NCBI RefSeq assembly: GCF_000017805.1
Contig: NC_009767.1
Span: forward strand, 5,444,368-5,476,367
DNA from: Roseiflexus castenholzii DSM 13941
Lineage (GTDB): Bacteria; Chloroflexota; Chloroflexia; Chloroflexales; Roseiflexaceae
Reading direction: 5' to 3'
Length of the DNA stretch: 32,000 nucleotides
A model generated the notes under the pieces. That model saw only the letters and a program-made list of their open reading frames with translations. It did no database searches and was not told the DNA's origin. Positions 1 through 9,203 of the stretch are shown one piece after another. The position numbers and the translations under genes were made by a program. Position 1 is the stretch's first letter. Every line of letters starts with the position of its first letter.

Positions 1-1143
1 ATCTGGAGCGCCGGTTGCGCAACCGGCGAAGAGGCGTATTCCCTGGCGATCACGGTGCTGGAAACGTTCGGTCTGGCACTGATACGTCCGGTTGAAATCT
101 GGGCAACCGATCTGAGCGAACTGGCGCTCGAAAAGGCGCGGACCGGATTCTACCGGGGGCGCTCGCTCAACAATGTGACGCCAATGCTGCTCAATCGCTA
201 CTTCGTGCGGCACGGCGACGGATTTCTCGTGTCGGACGCTGTGCGGGCGCTGGTGCGTTTCGAGCAACTGAATCTCCTCGAAACGTTTCCGCCGACGGCG
301 TATGGCGTCGACGCAATTTTCTGCCAGAATGTGACGATCTATTTTCGTCCGGAGACGCGGCGTTCATTGATCGAACGATTTCATCGCTGCCTGCCGGTCC
401 ACGGGCTGCTCTTCCTGGGATTTTCAGAAACGTTGTGGAATGTGTTCGATGGTTTTCGTTCACGCGAAGTATCGGGGGCGTATGTCTACCAGAAGGTCAA
501 TCCGCCCGACCGACCGACTCAGCATCGCAGCACTTCACCTCGACCATCGCTACCAACAGAGACCCGACGACGTTCACCGTCCGTCGTCAAAGTCGCATCC
601 ACCCCTTCTCGAAAGGCGCGACCGCCTGTTGCTGCGACAACCGCGCCAACTATGGAAGAGGATGTCGGTCGTGTGGAACAGGCGCAAGCCCTGATCGACG
701 CCGGCAGGATCGACGAAGCGATGGACCTGCTGCGCAGCATTCACCCCAACTCGTCGCTGGCGCCGCGCGCGCTGGTGCTGGTGGCGCGCGTGCATGCCGA
801 TCGCGGCGAACTCGACCTGGCCATTGCTGAAGCGCGCCGCGCGCTCGAAATCGATGCATTGCGCAGTGACGCCTATCTTCTCATCGGAACGATCTATGCC
901 CGCCAGGGTCAGGGAAACGAGGCGATCCAGGCGCTCGAACGAGCGCGCTACCTGGACCCCGACGCCGCGTTGGTTTCCTATCACCTGGCACTGGCATACC
1001 GTCAGGCGGGCAGGCAGGAACAGGCGATGCGCGAGTTTCGCAGTGCGCTGAGCAAACTGGCCAGGCACCGGTCCGAGGATCTCATCGAAGGCGTCGAAGT
1101 CGGTTGGTTGCGCACCACATGTGAGCAACACCTGGGCATGTAA
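1..1143 (+). CDS. cheR: CheR-type protein-glutamate O-methyltransferase with C-terminal TPR repeats (5' end outside window)
   Basis: Frame 1 is open from nt 1 (IWSAGCATGEEAYSLAITVLE), which is the CheR SAM-binding signature. It is followed by ATDLS..ALEKAR.G.Y, IFCQNVTIYF and LFLGFSETL blocks, a Pro/Ser/Arg-rich linker, then TPR-like helices (AYLLIGTIYARQGQGNEAIQALERA). The track starts at 55 only because of the first Met. Confidence 0.8.
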   Translation: MWSAGCATGEEAYSLAITVLETFGLALIRPVEIWATDLSELALEKARTGFYRGRSLNNVTPMLLNRYFVRHGDGFLVSDAVRALVRFEQLNLLETFPPTAYGVDAIFCQNVTIYFRPETRRSLIERFHRCLPVHGLLFLGFSETLWNVFDGFRSREVSGAYVYQKVNPPDRPTQHRSTSPRPSLPTETRRRSPSVVKVASTPSRKARPPVAATTAPTMEEDVGRVEQAQALIDAGRIDEAMDLLRSIHPNSSLAPRALVLVARVHADRGELDLAIAEARRALEIDALRSDAYLLIGTIYARQGQGNEAIQALERARYLDPDAALVSYHLALAYRQAGRQEQAMREFRSALSKLARHRSEDLIEGVEVGWLRTTCEQHLGM

Positions 1144-1149
1144 CACGTT

Positions 1150-2235
1150 ATGCGAACACGCGACAAACAATTGGGCCGCTCTTTCACCCTCCTCAGCCAT
1201 GCGCCAACGAGCCGTCTGCGGCGCGCCAGGCGCCCTGCACCACCGCCCCTGCAGATCAACCCGGAAGAAGCGCGGCGTCAGGCAGAGATCGAGCGCGAAC
1301 TCCTGCTGGCGCGCGATATTCAACAGGGTCTGCTGCTCGAAGCAGTGCCGCGTCTGCCCGGTTGGGAAATTCATGCTATTTCGCTGCCCGCGCGCGATCT
1401 TGGGGGCGATCTGTACGATTTTCTACCGCTTGGCGATGCGCGTCACGGCATTATGATCGGCGATGTTTCAGGCAAAGGGTTACCGGCGGCATTGCGCATG
1501 GCCGTGGCGCGCACCGTCTTTCGCTACGCAGCGCGGAGCGGCGCGATGCCGGGCAGCACGCTGGCGCGCGTCAACCGCGGCATTATCGCCGATATTCCAC
1601 AGGGCATGATCACGATGCTCTACGCCACGCTCGATCTGCGTCATGGCATCGTGCAGATCGCCAACGCCGGTCATCATTACCCCTTGCTGCTGAATGGACG
1701 GGTGAGTGAACTGGAATTGTCGGGCTTACCGCTTGGCGTGGATAGCGATGCCGGCTATGAAGAGATCTGCACCGAAATTGAGCCGGGCAACACCATCATT
1801 ATGTACACTGATGGCGTCGTCGAAGCAACCAACAACCATGGCGAGTATTTTGGGTACGAGCGGCTCGAACGCTTGTTGATCGAAGGCGCTGCATTGAAAC
1901 CGCGTGCGCTGGTGGCGCGCCTGCTGCACGAATTGCGCACCTGGAGCGATGCCGGTCAGGACGATGATATTACCGTTGTGGCGGTACGGCGGCGATTTGC
2001 ACGCCTGTCGGAAGAACTGCGCAGCATTATGCACGATGTGTTGGGGCGCGAACGCGGTGAAGAGGCATGGCTGAAATTGCCGCATCCGGGCGATGCTGGC
2101 GTGGCTGCATGGACCGAAGCATTGCCGGAGATCATCAAAGCCGCGCAGAGTCATTTGGGGCGCGGGCTAGCGCGCGAGTTGAATGCGCAGATCCGGCTGG
2201 CGCTCGAAGAGTATCGGGATCATGAAAAAATGTGA
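1150..2235 (+). CDS. PP2C/SpoIIE-family serine phosphatase (RsbU-like)
   Basis: 361-aa ORF with the conserved PP2C/SpoIIE blocks DLGGDLYDF, GDVSGKGLPAAL, ANAGHHYPLL, YTDGVVEA and DDDITVVAV. It starts a few nt after the CheR stop. Confidence 0.85.
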   Translation: MRTRDKQLGRSFTLLSHAPTSRLRRARRPAPPPLQINPEEARRQAEIERELLLARDIQQGLLLEAVPRLPGWEIHAISLPARDLGGDLYDFLPLGDARHGIMIGDVSGKGLPAALRMAVARTVFRYAARSGAMPGSTLARVNRGIIADIPQGMITMLYATLDLRHGIVQIANAGHHYPLLLNGRVSELELSGLPLGVDSDAGYEEICTEIEPGNTIIMYTDGVVEATNNHGEYFGYERLERLLIEGAALKPRALVARLLHELRTWSDAGQDDDITVVAVRRRFARLSEELRSIMHDVLGRERGEEAWLKLPHPGDAGVAAWTEALPEIIKAAQSHLGRGLARELNAQIRLALEEYRDHEKM

Positions 2236-2356
2236 CCAAGGCGCTACTAAACTGCAATCGAGTCGCGTTCAACAGAGCAAAGGTTCGTAGTAGAATACAG
2301 AAAAGCGTCAACCAGACGACGCACGAGCGCCAACTGGTGAAGGGCACAGGTAGACG

Positions 2357-3925
2357 ATGAGTTCGACAGAACCGCTCAATTTCATGCCGCTCGATCTGGA
2401 CACGTTCAACGGAAGCGAGCGATTCATGGCGGGGACGCGCCTGGGGGCGGCGTTTGGACAGGGCATTCGCGCCTACCTGCGCGCTGATTACGCAAATGCG
2501 ATCGAGCACTTCAAGGCTGCGTTGATCGCCGCCTATATCGAGGGAGAAGAACGTGCTCAGATCTATGATCGCGAACGTGCGATCATCTATCTCTACATCG
2601 GTAATGCACTGGCGTACCAGGAGGATTGGGAAGGAGCGCTGCGCGAGTATCTGGAAGCGGTGCAGACCGATCCGCAACTGTCGGAGGCGCACTACAACCT
2701 GGGCGTGGCATTTGCCGCGCAGGGGCGTCTTGATCGTGCGATTGCCGCGTTCAAGGAAGCCATCGAGCATAATCCGCGCCTGTACGAAGCGCACTTCTCG
2801 CTCGGACGCTGCTATCAGCGTCTCGACGACGCCGGGCGAGCGTATATTCACTACGACCAGGCATGTCAGGCGCGTCCTCAGGCGGCCGAGCCGCGCTACT
2901 ACATGGGGTTGATGCACCAGAGCCACGGCGCGCACGAACTGGCGCAGCGCTGTTTCGCCGAAGCGTTGCGCGTCGAGCCAACCTTCGTCTCGCCGGAGTT
3001 GCAGGACGAAGTGCTGGTCAATCGCTCGGAAGAAGAAGTCGCTCAGTGGTACTACCGCCTCAGCAACGATCTGAAGCAGCAGGGGTACGAAGAGGAGGCG
3101 GAGCGGATCTACCGGGCATTGCTCCAGTGGCGGCCAGAAGAACACTATGCGCGCTATTTGCTCGGCAACCTGCTGGCGCGCGCGCGGCGGCTCGATGAGG
3201 CGCTCGAAGAGTATGCTCAGATCCCGCCACAGGATAAATATTATGTCGATGCGCGTATTCGTATCAGTGCTATTCTCAAGTTGCAGAACAAAACACGCGA
3301 GGCGTATGACACCCTCTTCGAGTGCGCCAGGCTGCACCCTGCCAACGGTCAGTTGTTTCTGAACATGGGCAAGCTCCTCTACGATATGAACAAACATGCG
3401 GGCGCTATCAAGGCATTCGAGCGCGCGGTGCAGTTGCTCCCCAACGATCCGCAGGCGCACTATCTGTTGGGGTTTATGTACAACCTGATGGGTCGCGAGG
3501 GGTGGGCGCTGGCAGCCTGGCGCAAGGCGGTCGAACTTGCGCCGGACGCGCATTCGCTGCGCTACGACCTCGGCTATATGTATGTGCGACGCAATCGCTA
3601 CGATCTGGCGGCGAAAGAGTTTGCGCGCGTGCTCCAATTCTGGCCCGACGACGTCGAAACGAACTTTATGCTTGGGTTGTGCTACAAAGAATTGATGGAA
3701 CCGGCGCGCGCCATTCCGCTGTTCGAGAAAGTGCTGCGACGCAATCCGCGCCACGTGCAGGCGCTCTACTATCTGGGCGCATCGTACTTGCAGATCGGCA
3801 ACACCTCGCTGGGGAAAGCCTATCTCAGACGCTACGACTACCTGGCGAGCCAGGAGCAGACAAGCCCGCCCACGACGCGTCGCGCGATGCGGCAACGCAG
3901 CGTCGGGATGGTCGGTTCATCGTGA
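2357..3925 (+). CDS. Tetratricopeptide (TPR) repeat protein
   Basis: 522-aa ORF with an ATG start. It has many 34-aa TPR-like units (e.g. AHYNLGVAFAAQGRLDRAIAAFKEAIEHNPRLYEAHFSLGRCY; AHYLLGFMYNLMGREGWALAAWRKAVELAPD). The long antisense ORF 2135-3895 is its shadow. Confidence 0.85.
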   Translation: MSSTEPLNFMPLDLDTFNGSERFMAGTRLGAAFGQGIRAYLRADYANAIEHFKAALIAAYIEGEERAQIYDRERAIIYLYIGNALAYQEDWEGALREYLEAVQTDPQLSEAHYNLGVAFAAQGRLDRAIAAFKEAIEHNPRLYEAHFSLGRCYQRLDDAGRAYIHYDQACQARPQAAEPRYYMGLMHQSHGAHELAQRCFAEALRVEPTFVSPELQDEVLVNRSEEEVAQWYYRLSNDLKQQGYEEEAERIYRALLQWRPEEHYARYLLGNLLARARRLDEALEEYAQIPPQDKYYVDARIRISAILKLQNKTREAYDTLFECARLHPANGQLFLNMGKLLYDMNKHAGAIKAFERAVQLLPNDPQAHYLLGFMYNLMGREGWALAAWRKAVELAPDAHSLRYDLGYMYVRRNRYDLAAKEFARVLQFWPDDVETNFMLGLCYKELMEPARAIPLFEKVLRRNPRHVQALYYLGASYLQIGNTSLGKAYLRRYDYLASQEQTSPPTTRRAMRQRSVGMVGSS

Positions 3926-3946
3926 GCGTTGAGGAGCAACGTGTCC

Positions 3947-4381
3947 ATGCAGCAAGTCCTTGTGAATATTCCGTCCGTGCCGATATTCGAGCGTGTTGTT
4001 CGCGCCAGCGCCGATGAAGTCGGGCGCGCACTCGGGTTCAGCGCCGAGCGCGTCGAAGACCTGAAACTGGCGGTCAGTGAAGCCGTAAACAATGCCATCG
4101 ATCACGGCAACAAGCGCCAACCCGGCAAGCTTGTCGAAGTCGTCTTCGCGCTGCACACCGACAAACTTGAGGTCCACGTGACTGACGAAGGCGGCGGCGT
4201 CGAGACGGTCGATTTCTCCCGGAAGGTTGTCGAAGATCAGAATCTCGATGCGGGCATGCATCGCGGCTTCGGCATGTATCTGATCAGCGCCCTGGTCGAT
4301 GACTGTGAAGTCAATTCGTCACAGTCAGGCACAACATTGACCCTACGTCTCTATCGGAGGAGCCAGGACCATGACGAATGA
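3947..4381 (+). CDS. Anti-sigma-factor-type serine kinase (RsbW/SpoIIAB-like, HATPase_c)
   Basis: N-box-like LAVSEAVNNAIDHGN and G-box-like GFGMYLISALVDD. The GAGGAG Shine-Dalgarno at 3931-3936 favours ATG 3947 (GTG 3941 or TTG 3929 remain possible). Sits between the TPR and STAS genes. Confidence 0.75.
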   Translation: MQQVLVNIPSVPIFERVVRASADEVGRALGFSAERVEDLKLAVSEAVNNAIDHGNKRQPGKLVEVVFALHTDKLEVHVTDEGGGVETVDFSRKVVEDQNLDAGMHRGFGMYLISALVDDCEVNSSQSGTTLTLRLYRRSQDHDE

Positions 4382-4715
4382 GATGAACGAAGTGATCCGC
4401 CGGGAAGAGTTCGGCGATGTGGCGGTGCTGCACATTATGACAAATAGCGTCGATGCGGTGTCGGCGAGCGCCATCGAAGCCGTCGCCACGGCGACAGCGA
4501 TGCGCCCGATTACCGTCCTCGATTTTGCCAATGTGTCTTTTATCAATTCAGCCGGTATCTCCGCCCTGCTCAAGTTCGTTGTGTCGGCAAAGAAGTCTGG
4601 CTATACCCTGTACGCGATGAATGTCACGCCGCATCACCAGAAGGTCTTCAAGATGGTCGAGATGTCGCGCTATATGCCCCCTATCGAAGAGCGCGATCTT
4701 GCGGCGTATCGGTAG
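4371..4715 (+). CDS. STAS-domain anti-sigma-factor antagonist (RsbV/SpoIIAA-like)
   Basis: 114 aa. LDFANVSFINSAGISALLKF is the STAS core with the phosphorylatable Ser context. The ATG overlaps the upstream kinase gene by 11 nt, suggesting translational coupling. Confidence 0.8.
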   Translation: MTNEMNEVIRREEFGDVAVLHIMTNSVDAVSASAIEAVATATAMRPITVLDFANVSFINSAGISALLKFVVSAKKSGYTLYAMNVTPHHQKVFKMVEMSRYMPPIEERDLAAYR

Positions 4716-4761
4716 TCGGGCGCGAGAGTGGGTGAACGTTGAACGTCTGATGTGCAGAGAT

Positions 4762-4782
4762 GCGGGCGAAAGCCCGCTTTCT
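4762..4782 (+). terminator. Candidate intrinsic terminator after the STAS gene
   Basis: GCGGGC-GAAA-GCCCGC perfect 6-bp stem with a tetraloop, followed by TTTCT, about 45 nt after the stop codon. Confidence 0.45.
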
Positions 4783-4895
4783 CCCCTGCGCGAGACCCCA
4801 GGCGTCAGGGTGAACGTTGGACGTGGAAGAGGATGAGCGCGCTCCCAACCCTTGAGATAGAGATGCGCAGGTTTCGCAGGCAGTGTTCGGGCGCC

Positions 4896-5052
4896 ATTAT
4901 ACCAATGACGATTGAAGATGCCGCATGCGTGTTATGCCAAGCCCTTCGCTTCGCTCAGGGTAAACGCAGCGCGGAATCTGAGCGGGTCGCGCCAGACCCC
5001 TCGTGCTGCTCGGGGTGACCATGCCGGATGGTCACAGGTAAGTGGTATTACT
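4896..5052 (+). repeat. Copy A of a ~160-bp dispersed, MITE-like intergenic element
   Basis: Shares conserved ends with 15371-15527. 5' end: TTATACC.AT.ACGATTGAAGATGCCGCATGC. 3' end: GGAATC..AGCGGGTCG.GC.AGACCCCTCG.GCTGC.CGGGGTGACCATGCCGGATG..CACAGGT...TGGTATTAC. The middle differs. Contains the perfect hairpin GTGACCAT-GCCGG-ATGGTCAC. The termini are weakly inverted (TATACCA / TGGTATTA). Confidence 0.6.
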
Positions 5053-5110
5053 CTTTGCGGACGCCATGGTATCGGCACTGCAGCCTCAGGGCTTGTGCTG
5101 ACACAAACCG

Positions 5111-5144
5111 GGTTCGGTTCTCAGTTCTCGCTTCTCAGTTCCTC
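5111..5144 (+). repeat. Heptamer tract (GTTCTCA-like x4-5)
   Basis: ggttcg gttctca gttctcg cttctca gttcctc. The stop codon (5135-5137) of the minus-strand gene lies inside this tract. Confidence 0.8.
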
Positions 5145-6265
5145 CGCGGAACCACGAGCGCCTCGCCGCTGTCGAGAAAGAGGAACACTGTATCGTTCGA
5201 CGGACGGGATAGTATAAATCCCCGGACAAATTGCCGATACCCGCCTGTTTCGCCCTGCTCCGGTTCAACGGCCCAACCCAAACGTGACCGCACTTCCGCA
5301 TTATGCACCCATACATAGCCAAAGCCGCGTTCCGGCGCATACCTCCCGGCGGGAGGCATTTCGTCGAACCGTATCGGTGTTCCTTCTTGCCATTCATCGG
5401 CAAACATCTGCCAGGTGAAACGCTGGGGGTCGCTCGAATCAGCAGTAAGAACAAAGATTTCGGGCAGGATCGGCGCATCGCCCCATCGCCGCACCCAGAG
5501 CATGATGCCGCGCTCGAAACGCTGAACAGCGAGCGGAACCGGACGCATTTTCAGTTGCACCGGTCCCAACGGGTTGACCAGTTCACGCGACGAGGCAATA
5601 GGGCATCCGAGCAACCGCCGATAGGCGTAAGCAATCGGTTCATACATCGGCTCAAGTAGCACACAATTGTCGATGCGCATAACGTCCGCGCCCAATCGCC
5701 CCAGAAGCACTTCATAAGGCGTGCCGGCAAGTTCTGGATGGTACTCCATCCGCCGGCGCTCGAAGTATTGCACCTGATAGACCTTCCCCTCGATTTCTTC
5801 GTTCATGCGCTCAGTAATCGGGTAGCCGAACCGCTCCAGACCGCCGCGCACACGCCAGTAGATCAGAAATGGTTCGCACACCTGATGACCGGTAACGGCA
5901 AAGTAGGCGCATCCCGGATCTGCCTGCGCCACGGTCGGAAACGTCTGCCAGGGGCGGCCCTGCAACTCCAGATACCGCGCTCCAAGACGTCCAGCGGTCA
6001 CGTGCCCGTCCGCCTGGATTTCCAGACGGTCGCGCTCGAACCACTGCACGGTCAGCATCCGATCTTCAGCCGTCTGGATCGACTGATTACTGATTGGAAA
6101 GCCAAAGACTCTGAGACCGCCGTTTCGTTCCCAGTAGATCAGAATTGGTCCAGAGATGCAGTAGCCGGTTTCGCGGAAGCATCGCTCGCGACCGACAGCG
6201 ACGCCGGTCTGCGGGATCAGGACGGCGCTCAGGCAAAAAATAAGAAACAAATCGAGCCATTTCAT
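5135..6265 (-). CDS. Secreted hypothetical protein with an internally repeated YW..GGL..FG.PI motif
   Basis: Signal-peptide-like N-terminus MKWLDLFLIFCLSAVLIPQTGVA, with AGGAGG 9 nt upstream of ATG 6265. Repeated motif: ILIYWERNGGLRVFGFPIS / FLIYWRVRGGLERFGYPIT. The track start 6301 adds 12 unlikely residues. Confidence 0.8.
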   Translation of the reverse strand: MKWLDLFLIFCLSAVLIPQTGVAVGRERCFRETGYCISGPILIYWERNGGLRVFGFPISNQSIQTAEDRMLTVQWFERDRLEIQADGHVTAGRLGARYLELQGRPWQTFPTVAQADPGCAYFAVTGHQVCEPFLIYWRVRGGLERFGYPITERMNEEIEGKVYQVQYFERRRMEYHPELAGTPYEVLLGRLGADVMRIDNCVLLEPMYEPIAYAYRRLLGCPIASSRELVNPLGPVQLKMRPVPLAVQRFERGIMLWVRRWGDAPILPEIFVLTADSSDPQRFTWQMFADEWQEGTPIRFDEMPPAGRYAPERGFGYVWVHNAEVRSRLGWAVEPEQGETGGYRQFVRGFILSRPSNDTVFLFLDSGEALVVPRRN

Positions 6266-6428
6266 ACGCACACTCCTCCTGATGCCGGAGCAGCGGAACA
6301 AGAAAGCGCCAGGAAGATCACGCGGAACGACAGTGATAGAAACGCTGCACTATCTCTGGATTCTAACTCCGAACCAGATAGCGTATGGTACAGAAAGACG
6401 AACATTTCTGTGCTATACTATTAACAGT

Positions 6429-6442
6429 ACTGACCAGTCAGT
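6429..6442. promoter_or_regulatory. Candidate TetR operator (inverted repeat ACTGAC-CA-GTCAGT)
   Basis: Perfect 6+6 palindrome about 20 nt upstream of the TetR start, in the divergent intergenic region. Confidence 0.3.
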
Positions 6443-6461
6443 CGATCTCAGAGACAGGCGC

Positions 6462-7091
6462 ATGATTCACTCTGCCGACAAATGTTCCGATCAGAAGAGC
6501 ACCCGCGAACGGATTCTCGAAGCGGCGCTGGACATTTTTTCGTCGAAAGGGTACCACGACGCGCGCCTGGATGATATTGTCGAAGTGGCGCATATCTCGA
6601 AAGGGTCGATCTACTTCTACTTTCCAAACAAGGAGCGCCTCTTTCTGGCGCTCGTCGATCAATTCGCCGACCTGATCGAGCGACGCGCCACCGAAGCCAT
6701 TGAGCGCCAGCCGCGCGCCGGGATCGACCGGGTGCGCGCGGCGATCATGGCGGTGATCGAGACGTTCGGCAAGTATCGCCGTCCCGCCAAAATCCTGCTG
6801 GTGCAGGCGGTTGGGTTGGGGGCGCCTTTCGAGAAAAAGCGCCTGGAAGTCACTGATCGCTTTGCGGCGTTGATTAAGCGCCATCTCGACGAAGCAATCA
6901 CCGTGGGCGAAATCCAGCCGATCGACACGGCGGTGGTGGCGCATGCCTGGATGGGGGCAATCTACAACCTGGTCATCCGTTGGGTGATGACCGGCGATCC
7001 GCCCGCGGAGCGTATTCCGCCCACGCTCGTACCGTTACTGCTGCGCAGCGTTAATTATCCGGTGGAAGAGAAACAGGGCAACGCCGTATAA
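6462..7091 (+). CDS. TetR/AcrR-family transcriptional regulator
   Basis: The N-terminal HTH RERILEAALDIFSSKGYHDARLDDIVEVAHISKGSIYFYFPNKERLF is a textbook TetR_N signature. In-frame ATG 6462 gives a typical ~209-aa protein. Confidence 0.9.
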   Translation: MIHSADKCSDQKSTRERILEAALDIFSSKGYHDARLDDIVEVAHISKGSIYFYFPNKERLFLALVDQFADLIERRATEAIERQPRAGIDRVRAAIMAVIETFGKYRRPAKILLVQAVGLGAPFEKKRLEVTDRFAALIKRHLDEAITVGEIQPIDTAVVAHAWMGAIYNLVIRWVMTGDPPAERIPPTLVPLLLRSVNYPVEEKQGNAV

Positions 7092-7097
7092 GGACAG

Positions 7098-9135
7098 AGG
7101 TGAGAGGCAAGAGGCGAGCGGCGCGCGGCGCGAGGTGTGAGGCGCGAGGCGCGCGGCGCGAGGGGCCCGACCATGGCGTAGCGCGAGATTTATCTCGCAT
7201 TTGTGGCGCGCGGCGCGAGGGGCCCGACCATGGCGTAGCGCGAGATTTATCTCGCATTTGTGGCGAGGCGCGCGGCGCGCGGCGCGAGGTGCGAGGCGCG
7301 AGGGGCGCGGCGCGAGGGGCCCGACCATGGCGTAGCGCGAGATGTATCTCGCATTTGTGGCGAGGCGCGAGGGGCCCGACCATGGCGTAGCGCGAGATTT
7401 ATCTCGCATTGGTGGCGCGGCGCGAGGGACCCGACCATGGCGTAGCGCGAGATTTATCTCGCAACGAGGCGCGAGGCGCGCGGCGCGCGGCGCGAGGGAC
7501 CCGACCATGGCGTAGCGCGAGATTTATCTCGCATTGGTGGCGCGCGGCGCGAGGGGCGCGGCGCGAGGGGAGAGGCGCCCGACAATGGCGTAGCGCGAGA
7601 TTTATCTCGCATTGGTGGCGCGAGGCGCGAGGGGCCCGACAAGGGCGTAGCGCGAGATGTATCTCGCATTTGTGGCGAGGCGCGCGGCGCGAGGCGCGAG
7701 GCGCGAGGGACCCGACCATGGCGTAGCGCGAGATTTATCTCGCATTGGTGGCGCGCGGCGCGAGGGGCGCGGCGCGAGGGGCCCGACCATGGCGTAGCGC
7801 GAGATTTATCTCGCATTTGTGGCGAGGCGCGCGGCGCGAGGCGCGAGGGGCCCGACCATGGCGTAGCGCGAGATGTATCTCGCATTTGTGGCGAGGCGCG
7901 CGGCGCGCGGCGCGAGGGACCCGACCATGGCGTAGCGCGAGATTTATCTCGCATTGGTGGCGCGCGGCGCGAGGGGCCCGACCATGGCGTAGCGCGAGAT
8001 GTATCTCGCATTGGTGGCGCGGCGCGAGGGGCCCGACCATGGCGTAGCGCGAGATGTATCTCGCAACGAGGCGCGAGGCGCGAGGCGCGCGGCGCGAGGT
8101 GCGAGGCGCGAGGCGCGAGGCGTGAGGTGCGAGGCGCGAGGCGCGCGGCGCGAGGGGCCCGACCATGGCGTAGCGCGAGATGTATCTCGCAACGAGGCGC
8201 GAGGCGCGAGGCGCGCGGCGCGAGGGGCCCGACAAGGGCGTAGCGCGAGATGTATCTCGCAACGAGGCGCGAGGCGCGAGGCGCGCGGCGCGAGGGACCC
8301 GACCATGGCGTAGCGCGAGATTTATCTCGCATTGGTGGCGCGAGGCGCGAGGGGCCCGACCATGGCGTAGCGCGAGATTTATCTCGCATTTGTGGCGCGG
8401 CGCGCGGCGCGAGGCGCGCGGCGCGAGGGGAGAGGCGCCCGACAATGGCGTAGCGCGAGATTTATCTCGCATTGGTGGCGCGAGGCGCGAGGGGCCCGAC
8501 CATGGCGTAGCGCGAGATTTATCTCGCATTTGTGGCGCGGCGCGCGGCGCGAGGCGCGAGGCGCGAGGGGAGAGGCGCCCGACAATGGCGTAGCGCGAGA
8601 TTTATCTCGCATTTGTGGCGCGGCGCGCGGCGCGAGGCGCGAGGCGCGAGGTGCGAGGCGCGCGGCGCGAGGTGCGAGGCGCGCGGCGCGAGGCGTGAGG
8701 CGCGAGGCGAGGGGCGCGCGGCGCGCGGCGCGAGGGGAGAGGCGCCCGACAATGGCGTAGCGCGAGATTTATCTCGCATTTGTGGCGCGAGGCGCGAGGG
8801 GCCCGACCATGGCGTAGCGCGAGATTTATCTCGCAACGAGGCGCGCGGCGCGCGGCGCGCGGCGCGAGGGGCCCGACCATGGCGTAGCGCGAGATTGATC
8901 TCGCAACGAGGCGCGAGGCGCGAGGGACCCGACCATGGCGTAGCGCGAGATTGATCTCGCAACGAGGCGCGAGGCGCGAGGCGCGAGGCGCGAGGCGCGA
9001 GGCGCGAGGTGCGAGGCGCGAGGCGCGAGGCGCGCGGCGCGAGGCGCGAGGCGTGAGGTGCGAGGCGCGAGGCGCGAGGCGCGCGGCGCGAGGGGAGAGG
9101 CGAATGCGATGCCCTGAGCCTGCGAAGGGTTGAAC
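7098..9135 (+). repeat. ~2 kb non-coding hyper-repeat: 25 direct REP-like hairpin units separated by octamer (GAGGCGCG/GCGGCGCG) runs
   Basis: Unit: GAGGG(G/A)CCCGAC(C/A)A(T/A/G)GGCGTAGCGCGAGAT-NN-ATCTCGCA plus (TTTGTGGCG | TTGGTGGCG | ACGAGGCG). I counted 25 occurrences of GTAGCGCGAGAT..ATCTCGC, all on the + strand, at irregular spacing of roughly 53-165 bp. The fillers are low-complexity octamer repeats. All six frames stay open only because the repeats contain few stop codons. Confidence 0.95.
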
Positions 9136-9203
9136 GTATCATCCACTGTGATCCCTCACCAGCGTACATTGGCTATTGTACGAATGATCGCGCATTAGCA
9201 TTA

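Noticed and set aside
2135-3895. 586-aa minus-strand ORF.
   Set aside because: It is an antisense shadow of the TPR gene in GC-rich DNA with no recognisable motifs. The plus-strand product has clear TPR periodicity.
4752-5478. Short ORFs in the STAS-to-secreted-protein spacer (4752-5018, 4912-5217, 5028-5318, 5086-5478).
   Set aside because: They overlap repeat elements or lie antisense to or overlapping the well-supported 5135-6265 gene. No motifs or plausible starts are present.
7098-9135. Possible CRISPR array (regularly recurring palindromic repeat).
   Set aside because: The inter-repeat segments are not unique spacers. They are variable-length runs of the same GAGGCGCG-type octamers, spacing is irregular (about 53-165 bp), and the repeat carries the GTAG-hairpin signature shared with the RAYT-flanking elements. 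It is REP/BIME-like, not CRISPR.
7035-9169. Long ORFs in all frames across the repeat array (e.g. 7454-8389, 311 aa; 7735-8529, 264 aa; 8519-9169, 216 aa).
   Set aside because: The translations are monotonous Arg/Ala/Pro/Gly repeats that simply mirror the DNA repeat. Multiple overlapping frames on both strands are open only because the GC-rich repeats have few stop codons. No start context or domain is present.
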